64,000 nucleotides of DNA from Patellaria atrata CBS 101060. Its lineage: Eukaryota. This document shows positions 23,501 to 33,748 of the stretch, one piece after another. Under the pieces are notes generated by a model. It was not told where the DNA came from and did not search any database. It saw only the letters and a list, made by a program, of their open reading frames with translations. Location of the stretch: positions 139,707 through 203,706 of the forward strand of contig MU006117.1 in assembly GCA_010093705.1 (NCBI GenBank), given 5' to 3'. How positions within the stretch are numbered: position 1 is the stretch's first letter; each line of letters starts with the position of its first letter. The position numbers and the translations under genes were made by a program.

Positions 23501-25940
23501 CCAACCAATCAGACTACTGATCCAACGCCTTGTTCGGAAATACGCTAGAATCCTTCTGATATCCATCAACTCCTCACCAACGTTTGTTTGAAGGAGATGA
23601 AAAATCCGAGACGGCGAACTTAAAAAACAGCTGACGTGGCATTTCTTTGATATCATTCCGTGATCGAAAACACTTCCAGAATTCAGAGGCGAGACCGGTA
23701 GTTTTGCTTTGATGATTTTGGCCGTGAGGATCATGTGTGTAAGCTGCATCAAAGCAAATCTTTCTTGCGTCTTTGACCTCTCATTATGTCCGTGCATTAT
23801 TGATCAGAGTGCAGTTCTCTTTTCTCTCCAATCGAGGAATTTGTTACCTTGGACTCATATTGCAGTGACCCACCAATGCCACCCAGGGCTTACCAGCATT
23901 CTCCGCGTTTTTTTTTTTTGGAACCAGGTGATGGGCAATCATTATCTGTACGTGAATGTGGCTATCTTCGTTACTGGCCACCACATCGGAATAATGCTCA
24001 CCGAGTCCGTCGAGACGCTTCATGGTGTAATGACATCTAGAAATCACTCAACGTACAGACTTGCACCGTCAGGTTCCCGTACACCGACATTGACCTCTTA
24101 ATAAGCACCTCAGCGTCCTTCGTTGTAATCCACTACATACTCCGTTATTTTGGTATGGGTCTGTGTAGCTCAACATCAGCTGGACATGATTCTGCGGTAA
24201 CACCAGCACCAACATCAATGCAAGTGATGGAATGTTAGCGAGATTGCCTCCTGTCGCACCAAAAGAAATCACGACGTCACTCAGAATCTGCGCAACCGCC
24301 TCTCAGTTCGAGTGGTAAGTTGTGCAATCAGATCTGCATGCTCATGTGGTAGGCTATCCGCCTTTCCTCTCCAACCTACGGTCTCAACTGTCAAGAGCTT
24401 GGATCCTCAGGGACTCAAATCTCTACGGTAAGCTCATCTTTCCATTGTCATTGTCGTCCGCTTTCTAGTTCGTTTCTAGAATGAATTGGAGCAACTCCAA
24501 CTGTTGCGGAAAGCCACATATACGAGTCATAACCCCTATCAACATCAACTGATTTGGCCACAGATCACGCCCTGCGGGACGAACAAAGATCGCATTCACT
24601 AGATGAACTAGTCACCAGGTTTTATTACACCGACCATCGTAGATAGTATCTGAGGATACTCAACGTATGACGGTGCCAGTACAACGTAATACCGTGTCAT
24701 AAACATCGCGAGTCCCGTACCATAAGAACAGGACAGCATGACTACAAATCAGGTCGCTGGAAACCAGATCTATCCTGTACCCCGAGTTACGATGTCCCAG
24801 AACATCTTCCGTACTGATGATCTCGTCAGAAGACGGAATGTAACTTGTTCGGCATGACCGATGGGACTCGGCTGCTTGCATAACGATTCTCTTTGGGAAC
24901 GTTACTGCACTATCAACAGGCGGCAATCCGCATCCCCGATCGGAACTCTGGGCAGTTTCTTCCCTACCAATGTTTATGACACTGGTCTGGGACTCGGTTT
25001 TCGTATGAACAGTACTGTACGATGTACGGGCCTTCTGATCAACTTTGTATGATTCCAAATATACCGTTCATATCACCTAGGGAAAGATAAGTAACGCTGT
25101 CCCGGCAGTAACACAAGAGTATCACGCACCGTTTGTATATCATCTTCAAAGAGGTTGAAATGCGAACTGCGAGAACAATTAGTATGAAAAGAATATATCT
25201 CTCATACGAAACCAAGTCTACCACCTCATATTCTTTGCTATTATCACTTGTCTACAATTGACCCTTTCCTTGACTATAAGTGTAAGCTACGACCCCCTAA
25301 GTGAAGCAAAGACTTTAAAGCAATACTTCCGCATAAGACACACGTAGGTTTTCGCCAACCTGAAGTCGCATACTATATGTAAACCCGCAGATCGTGGTGG
25401 AATAAATGAGGCCCAGTTATCATCCCAAGGAACGTATCCTTAACCTCTCAGCGGCGCTCCACATGTAAAAAGCTGCGGTAAGCAACGACGTGTTCTCCCA
25501 TACTTAGAGGAAGGAAAGAACTATTTCTTAATTCATTGTATCACATTCTTCACGCCCTCACTCAACAAAGCGGTCGTCAATAATGTCATTGAGTCTCTAA
25601 TAAAATATTCTGTGCCCCGTAGCAGAATTTCCACACATCGTGATCATCTCATCCAGCAAACTTCAGTGTCAGTATAGTCCCCCGTGTAGCTTTTATTGCC
25701 GTAATAGCTCTCCTCAGGCAATTACACTTCCTTCCACACCTCGATATCCCACTCAACCTTCTTGATCCCTCGGCCCCATTCATCCAACATACCATAAAAA
25801 TCTTCCATATCCCACATATAGTAGGAGAAATCAAACCAATATCCTACCATATATCCCGCACAACACCAACCCCAACCCCAAGCCCGCCACAAGAGAAAAA
25901 AAAACACATTTCAAATCATGTAAAAATTAAAAAATGAAAA

Positions 25941-26088
25941 CAGTTCCCGCGCCCCCTTGTCAGGGGGTACGCGGTAATCTGCCCCCGTTCGACGGGGCCG
26001 AGGATCGAACCCAGGACGTGATGGCGACTCGGCCCGATTCGGTGCGGGGGGGGGAGTTTTCCCACCGCTGGGCCACGGGTCCTGGGCT
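25941..26088 (-). mobile_element. tRNA-derived SINE-like element / Pol III-transcribed ncRNA
   Basis: Minus strand: A box TGGCCCAGCGG (26075-26065), B box GGTTCGATCC (26011-26002) inside a T-arm, two GC hairpins, then TTTT/TTTTTT. Flanked by the 7-bp direct repeat ATGAAAA (25934-25940, 26089-26095). 104/148 bases are GC. The acceptor stem does not pair, so it is not a canonical tRNA. Confidence 0.65.
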
Positions 26089-26701
26089 ATGAAAAGGGGT
26101 TATGGGGCGTTTGATTATGTAGTTGGGCTGGGGGAACGGATTTGTTGTTTTGTTTTTGGGGGGGTGGGGGGGTGTATGCTGACTATATCCCTTTGACAGA
26201 CGGGTTAGAAGCGCAGGTCAGGGGTGGAGTTATTGTGATCTGGTGAAGTCTTCTGTAATATATCGTCATGGGATAAATGGGCTCAAGCGGTTTTTTTTTT
26301 TTTTCTTTTTTTTTTTTGGTTGGACTTGGGGTCGTTCGTATTGCGCCCGCGATGGTAAATTTTGATTGTAGATTTATACGATCTCTTCGGTCCGCAAGTT
26401 CCGCCTTCGTCATCTCGTTCCTCTGCTTTCGTGTTTTGTCTCTTCGTGTTGCCTTATCAGCTCGTCTCTATACCTGGACTATCACTGTGCTTGATATGGA
26501 GGGTTGGATATTGAAACGGGTGTAGAGCAGTTTTCGTGATTGATTCACTGGCACAGTGCATGTTAAGGAGGACGGATAACTTGGGTATTCGAAGCATTTG
26601 CACTGTTAAAATCGTATCGTACCGTATATACAGAACGCAATCACGCTGACCATCACAACGTCCCCCTTCCCAAACATACTCTCCTTCTCCATCCTAGACT
26701 C

Positions 26702-28637
26702 TCACATCCTAAATACGCCCCACTCTCCCTCCTCCCGTCTCCTCCACCTATCCACATTCCTTCCCCCCATCGCCATGCTCAACCCCAACCCGAGCACCCT
26801 CCTCGTATGACTCGGCGGTATGATACCATCATCCCACAACCGCGCGCTGCCGAAGAGGACCTCGCTCTCGCGCTCGATACGCGCCTTAAGCTCTGGATCA
26901 TCTTTCCCAACCGACGCCATGACCGAAGAGAGCTGCTCGGCACCCATGACGGACGTGCGGGCATTCGGCCACGTGAAGAGCAGCCGCGGCGAATACGCCC
27001 GTCCACACATGCCATAGTTCCCCGCGCCGGCGGAGCTGCCCACGACGACGGTGAACTTGGGCACCGTCGCGCACGCCACCGCCGTCACCAGCTTCGCGCC
27101 GTTCTTCGCGATGCCGCCTCGCTCGGCGTCCGCACCGACCATGAATCCAGATATATTTTGTAGGAATATCAGTGGGATGTTGCGCTTTTGGCATAGTTGG
27201 ATGAAGTGAGCGCCCTTGAGGGAGGACTCGGAGAAGAGGATGCCGTTGTTGGCGAGGATGCCGACGGGGTGGCCGTGGATGCGGGCGAAGCCGGTCACGA
27301 GGGTGGGGCCGTAGAGGGGCTTGAATTCGGCGAGGGCGGAGCAGTCGACGATGCGGGCAATTATTTCGTGGGCGGAGAATTGAGTGCGCAGGTTTGTGCC
27401 GACGATGCCGTTGAGCTCAGAGGGGTCATAGAGGGGTTCGCGGATTTCTTTGGGGGTGGATGGGAGGCCGGTACCGCGGGGGTAGTTTAGGTTGCTGACA
27501 CAGCGGCGGGCGAGGACCAGAGCGTGGGCGTCATCCACAGCTAGATAATCTGTTACCCCCGAGACCTCGGAGTGGAGGTTACCGCCACCGAGGTCTTCTG
27601 CGGACACGACCTCTCCTGTCGCAGCTTTTACCAAAGGAGGCCCGGCTAGAAAGATGTGGCCTTGCTTTTGGACGATGATGGATTCATCTGACATGCTCGG
27701 AACATATGCGCCTCCAGCGGTACAAGGACCCATTACGATGGATATTTGGGGGATCCCTTGAGAGGACACTTTATAGTTCATTAGATGAAGCTTTGGAAGC
27801 TCAGATTTGCGGAAAAAACTTACTTCGCGCTTGATTATAGAATATCCTACCGAAGTGGTCACGGTCTGGAAATACGTCCGCTTGATGCGGAAGATTGGCG
27901 CCACCGGAGTCAACAAGATAGAGACATGGTAGTCCTAAAGAGTGTAAGCTCAGTAATGGGGATAGGTATGGCTAGACGCACGGTTCTCTTCTGCGATAGC
28001 TTGTGCCCGTAGGTGCTTCTTTACTGTGATGGGATAGTATGTTCCCCCTTTTACTCTACAACACGTTTAGTAACGTTACATATGTCCTTTCAGAAAGAGA
28101 CTACATACGTGCTGTCATTGGCAACAATCATACACCTTGCCCCTTCTACCGTCCCGATTCCCGTTATAATTCCACCAGCTGGGACCTCTTCTCCGGGATA
28201 AACCCCGTGGCCCGCCATTGATGATAATTCGAGAAAGGGAGTTCCCGGATCTATAAGAGCAGAAATCCGACTACAAGATGATCAGCCTTAATATAGCAAA
28301 TGAAAACATCTACATACTCCCGTGGTAACATCTTTCCTCTAGCAACATGTTTATCCCTAGCCTTCTGAGATCCTCCTAGTGAAACCTTCTCATGTAATTC
28401 GGCAATGTGCGACGTCACCGCATTCATTTGTTCCCTTTGCTCTTTGAACTGTGCTGATGATGTATCGATGCTTGTAGGTATTGTAGATATAGCTGCTGCA
28501 TAGTGGGAATGAGTATGGCTCGCGATGGAGCGGACGCAACGGGTTAGGTTGTTATATTTGGATCGTTTTCGGGGAATTGTGCGAGCTGAGAAACGGAGTA
28601 GAATTAGGATCTCTCTTGAAGGTACTACTGAAGCCAT
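26702..28637 (-). CDS. mccB: 3-methylcrotonyl-CoA carboxylase beta subunit (5 exons)
   Basis: Spliced translation: ...[30 protein letters not shown]...[92 protein letters not shown]...[12 protein letters not shown]...[10 protein letters not shown]...GVFRM*. Confidence 0.95.
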
Positions 28638-28834
28638 TGTCAAGAGAAAAATGGTAGGAAGCTGCTAATACGGACGGGATACCGACATGTTCAGGACGGA
28701 GTTGGTGGTTGATGGTGGACATCAGATGTGAACCAAAGCCGTGGGTAGCCGAATCGTGGGTGGGGACGTCAATGCTACCCCAGATCTTCCCGGGCTTTCC
28801 TCTCTTCCTCCGTATACAACATAATATCTTCACA

Positions 28835-30327
28835 ATGGCTTCGAGAACGGTTCCGAGAATATTTACACAAACATTAAGGGAGAGTTGTAAGCCGAGAAGA
28901 TCACACATCTCACTAAAAAACTTCAGGAGAGCGGCGTCGTCCAAACATCCGCAGGGATTCGTTGCACCGACGCGGGAAGACCTAGATGAGCTTCGGGAAA
29001 GGGTCCAGGAATTCACACGTGGGTTGGTTTCCCTCTTCGTAATATTTGTATAATGACTTCTTCTATAGGACGTGAAATCCCCGAAGAAGTCGCCCAGAAA
29101 ACAGATGCAGACAATGCATTTCCCAAAGATATGTGGAAGAAGCTTGGTGAAGCTGGGTTCCTAGGAATGACAGCTGACGAAGGCTATGGAGGACTTGCTA
29201 TGGGATACCAAGCTCATTGTGTCGTTATGGAGGAGATAAGTCGTGCTTCAGGTCCGCCCTTAACCACTACACAATTCTACCGATATGGCGCTGACGGGTT
29301 TAGGTAGCATCGGACTCTCATATGCAGCACACTCTCAGCTTTGCGTAAACCAACTCATGTTGAACGGGACTAAAGAACAAAAGGAGAAATATCTACCGGG
29401 GTTAATATCAGGAGACAAAGTAGGTGCATTGGCCATGTCAGAACATTCCGCGGGATCGGATGTGGTGAGCATGAAGAGCACAGCAAAAAAGGTTGATGGG
29501 GGATACAATCTTAACGGGACAAAGATGTGGATAACAAACGTACGTTTAAATCCTCAGTTCGGATGGCTTGCACTGCGATATTAATGGCTGTACCAGGGTC
29601 CAGATGCAGACTACGTAGTTGTATACGCAAAAACGGAGCCGGACAAAGCGTCCAAGGGAATTACAGCTTTCATCGTAGAGACTTCCTCTCCCGGATTTTC
29701 GTGCGCCCGCAAATTAGATAAACTAGGTATGCGTGGCTCCAATACGGGGGAACTGATATTCGAGGATGTCTTTGTCCCCACTGAGAATGTACTCGGAGAG
29801 GTCAATAGAGGCGTCCGTGTCTTGATGGAAGGTCTTGATCTTGAACGTTTAGTTTTAAGCTCGGGTCCACTCGGGTGAGGCTCCCAATGGAGATTCGACC
29901 TCAGTTGAATTTGATACTGACATTATCCAGTATTATGCAAGCGACTCTGGACCTCATTCTTCCATACACCCACACCCGCACCCAGTTCGGCCAGCCCATA
30001 GCTCATAATCAGCTTATTCAAGCTAAACTCGCTGATATATACACCAAACTCGCTGCGTCGCGTGCCTTCACCTACTCTGTAGCAAGGGAAGTCGATGAAA
30101 ATGGTTCCGTTGACTCGAAAGATTGCGCAGGTGCCATCTTGTATGCTGCGGAAAGAGCGACTGAGGTAGCTACAGATGGGATTCAGTGTATGGGAGGTAT
30201 GGGTTATGTGAACGAGGTACCTGCAGGAAGATTGTGGCGGGATGCAAAGTTGTACGAAATTGGTGCAGGTACTAGTGAAGTCAGGAGGGTAGTTATTGGC
30301 AGAGCGTTTAATAAGATGTTCTCATAG
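28835..30327 (+). CDS. ivdA: Isovaleryl-CoA dehydrogenase, mitochondrial (5 exons)
   Basis: Acyl-CoA dehydrogenase motifs: [114 protein letters not shown]-rich presequence. Confidence 0.95.
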
Positions 30328-30766
30328 GAGCCGAAGTATAAGGTAGGCTTGGATAGGACAAGGTGTCGTTATTTCAGGCTCTTGTACAGTACAGTACATA
30401 TCGCATACTTGCGCACTAAGTGTAACAACATGCCGACTTATATCTAGTGTACTCATACCCCTACTCTACCGTGAATCCATCTACCGTCATCAAGTTCCAA
30501 ATTTCTGTCCCTTTTATCTAATACTGAAGTTGAGGAAAGGGGTCAAAAATCCGCACGTGACTATCCTGATGTAGTAATCTTTCGGTACCTAAAGCTTGTA
30601 CTTGCACACAATGAGCCTGAAGATGACCTTGGCTCTTTGGCGGAATAGTTTGCGTCATTTCTACTTCCCCTTAGCTTTTCTTATATTGATCTCGAGAATA
30701 CAACGCACCGTCTAATACTGTAGCAGATTCGACTTCTCGTTTCTCCTTGCGAAGATCTAGCCAATC

Positions 30767-31786
30767 ATGTCCAGGATCATGAAACTCGCTGTCTTCAGCG
30801 CGCAGCCTTACGATCAACGCTTTCTGGAGCAGGTTCACAAAGCCAAATACTCTGATGCTCTCGAGATCTTATATCATGTATTTCCACTTACTACTGAAAC
30901 GGCGGACCTAGCGCGTGATTGCGACGCTGTCTGCGTCTTCGTCAATGACGTCCTTACGAAAGATGTAATGGACAAACTGTATTCTCATGGAATTCGAGCG
31001 ATCCTTCTTCGTTGCGCAGGCTTTAATAACATCGATCTGAAAGAGGCTGAGAAGCTCGGCTTCTTCGTTGCTAATGTGCCTTCGTACTCTCCTGAGGCTG
31101 TCGCTGAGTTTGCGGTTGCTTTGATCCAGACTCTAAACCGAAACACTCACCGTGCGTATAACCGCGTACGAGAGGGAAATTTCAATCTAGACGGGCTTCT
31201 AGGACAGACTCTGTTTGGAAAAACCGTAGGCGTCGTTGGTACCGGAAAGATTGGACTCTCATTAGCCCGGATTATGAAAGGGTTCGGATGTCGTCTCCTG
31301 GGATACGATGTCTACAAGACACCAGACTTCGACCAATACGGCAAATATGTTGAACTGGACGATCTCCTTTCTCAAAGCGATATTGTCAGCTTGCATTGCC
31401 CGCTCATGGATATTACACGTCATCTAATCAACAAAGAAACCCTTTCCAAGATGAAACCTGGAGCTATGCTGATCAACACTTCTCGTGGAGGTCTCCTGGA
31501 TACAAGTGCTGTAATCGCCGCTTTGAAGAACAGAACACTTCGAGGCGTTGGCCTCGACGTTTACGAGGCTGAAGCACCGTTATTTTACAGCGATCATTCT
31601 TCCGACATCATTCAGGACGACGTCTTCCAGCGGTTGATGACCTTTCCCAATGTTCTCGTCTGCGGTCACCAAGGGTTCTTTACTGAGGAAGCTTTGACAC
31701 AAATTGCTGAAGTTACTTTGAGCAATTTGCACGACTTCAAGAATGGTCTCCCTTGCAAGAACAACCTGATGGCAAAGAAACACTGA
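30767..31786 (+). CDS. ldhA: D-lactate dehydrogenase-like D-2-hydroxyacid dehydrogenase (LdhA family), intronless
   Basis: MKLAVFS..YD, LRCAGFNNIDL, VPSYSPEAVAE, Rossmann GVVGTGKIG, SLHCPL, NTSRG, LDVYE.E, HQGFFTEEAL. Confidence 0.92.
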   Translation: MSRIMKLAVFSAQPYDQRFLEQVHKAKYSDALEILYHVFPLTTETADLARDCDAVCVFVNDVLTKDVMDKLYSHGIRAILLRCAGFNNIDLKEAEKLGFFVANVPSYSPEAVAEFAVALIQTLNRNTHRAYNRVREGNFNLDGLLGQTLFGKTVGVVGTGKIGLSLARIMKGFGCRLLGYDVYKTPDFDQYGKYVELDDLLSQSDIVSLHCPLMDITRHLINKETLSKMKPGAMLINTSRGGLLDTSAVIAALKNRTLRGVGLDVYEAEAPLFYSDHSSDIIQDDVFQRLMTFPNVLVCGHQGFFTEEALTQIAEVTLSNLHDFKNGLPCKNNLMAKKH

Positions 31787-32860
31787 CGCGGATTGATCGG
31801 ATCCGATGCTCAATCATTCCTTGGTCGGCTGATAATGCTCAGCGATTAGTTGAATGAAGCGAAACGATACTTCTCCTTACGATGTAACGAATAACGACCA
31901 CCAGACTCATTCCAACGCGTTTGCGGACCTGTAAAAATAGCTTTCATAGTTGAGCTTTGCCCTCTCATGTCAAGATTCAAAATTCTCTTTTCATATACTA
32001 CGGCGAACTAGTTTATTATGTAGTTCGTGGTAGCACAACTTTTCACTTGCACCTCCCGGTCTGCTTCATCCCTAAATTCAATACTCATGATAGACTCCTA
32101 ACTTCATCCAATATAAACAATCTTCAGCTCACGGTAACTTCCATAAAACCTCAGACTATTCCCCAGTATCCAGATCCTTGTAACCAAGCTGTAGGAGTAG
32201 CTTTCTCTAGACAAAGAAAATCTGAATCGGTAACCAGAAAGACTACAGAGTACAGACCGGTCAATCTCGGTAAGTCTGTTCTCAGAAAAGGGCAAAGTAT
32301 ATTCATAGTCACAATAGTTCAACCATCCATTCACCTAGCTAGAACTCGCCCTATATCTAGCTAAAAAGCTCGAATTAAAAATAGATTCGAGATGACCAAC
32401 GTTCGAGATCCTTTGTTAAGGCACCCAACGGCTGAGCTGAAATGAAGACTAAGTGCCGAATCTAACCCCTTGCAGCAAAAGGTTAAGTCCCGAAAATACA
32501 ATAAGTAGATAACCCAGGGCAGCAAATTCAGTAATATCTTCGATCGCGAAGTTTGGTACTTTTAATCTCTGGTTTATGTCTAGAAGTGCCATTGTGCAAG
32601 TCGGCAGAATGTATCAAAAAGGCAAAAGTTACGTGCCGAAAAGCACTTCGATACGCAGCCAATCCAGCTCTACGAACCAGTAAGCTATCATCTCCATGTA
32701 TATCCCTCTCTATGCAACATCATAGAACGAGTGTCTAACCCAGATACCCAGACCACCTACAAACCCATCCCGCACCTCAAACTCCCACTCGTCCCCCAAC
32801 CCCCCAACCCACACCCACACCTTCGACCTCCAGCCCCTCAACATCCAAACCGAAACCACC

Positions 32861-33556
32861 ATGCCATCTTTCCCTTCCCCCAACCCCACCCAACCCCGCC
32901 GCACCCTCAGCATATCCCAAACCTTCACCTTCCACCCCCACCCCAACAAAACATTCGAACACCACTTCATCCTGTCCCGTCTCTCATGCACTCCCTCGAC
33001 CTCATCGCAGCACTCATGCACCCTCCCCTTCCACATCCCAGACTCCCACTTCCTCCCCGCCATCTCTCGCCCCACCCAAGCGACTTACTTCATCCCCGCT
33101 CTCGACGCCCAACCGACACCCATCCGCGCGGCCGTCAAGACAATCGCGGACGGCTTCATCCGCATGCTTGACGGGGAGGCGTTCTGGGACCGTGCACCGA
33201 GCCGAGACAACGGAGGCCGATTCGTTTCGGTATCGGTCCGAGCCGGATGGGACACCGAACTGATTGTCGAGCGGGAAGGCGTGGACGTATCTACGCACCC
33301 GAATCCCGATGGTACAGCTACCGCGGTGACGAGGGTTGATTTGAGCGGTGCGGCGAGGGGTTTGCCGGCGAGGGTTGGAGTACAGTTGGAGTTTGAGGGA
33401 GGAAGGGCGCCAGGGGCGTTGGAAGTCGTGACCTTGTCGTTTGAGACGGGGAGGGAGGTTGTGGATCCCGTGCAGGGGGCATGTGTGAGGTCTGGGATGT
33501 GTGTGACGAGGAGCGTTGTTGGGTTGGATGGGGAAAGGGTTCGGGGGAATGTTTGA
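32861..33556 (+). CDS. Hypothetical protein (possibly the last exon of a longer gene)
   Basis: 231-aa ORF, frame open further upstream to about 32726. No recognisable motif, and it lies in a compositionally extreme patch with overlapping antisense ORFs. Confidence 0.4.
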   Translation: MPSFPSPNPTQPRRTLSISQTFTFHPHPNKTFEHHFILSRLSCTPSTSSQHSCTLPFHIPDSHFLPAISRPTQATYFIPALDAQPTPIRAAVKTIADGFIRMLDGEAFWDRAPSRDNGGRFVSVSVRAGWDTELIVEREGVDVSTHPNPDGTATAVTRVDLSGAARGLPARVGVQLEFEGGRAPGALEVVTLSFETGREVVDPVQGACVRSGMCVTRSVVGLDGERVRGNV

Positions 33557-33748
33557 TTGATTGTAGGAGTAATGAAGGAGCACGACGAGACTGACACCAT
33601 CTGATATATTAACGCTACCGAATTATTGCAACATTACTTCCTCCACCTCCTGTATTAATCTCTCTTGATTTCTCTCCCTATCTCTCCTTATCCACCTTTA
33701 TACCCCTACCTTACATACATCACCGACCCTCATCCTCTATTCTCATCC

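Noticed and set aside
25941..26088. Functional tRNA (including a Sec or opal-suppressor tRNA that could read the BTB TGA)
   Set aside because: Acceptor stem halves do not pair and there is no proper anticodon stem-loop; no SECIS or other Sec evidence in the window.
25649..26525. Short ORFs flanking the SINE-like element (DFSYYMWDME..., MTKAELADRR...)
   Set aside because: Low-complexity, skew- and homopolymer-driven; no coherent gene model could be built.
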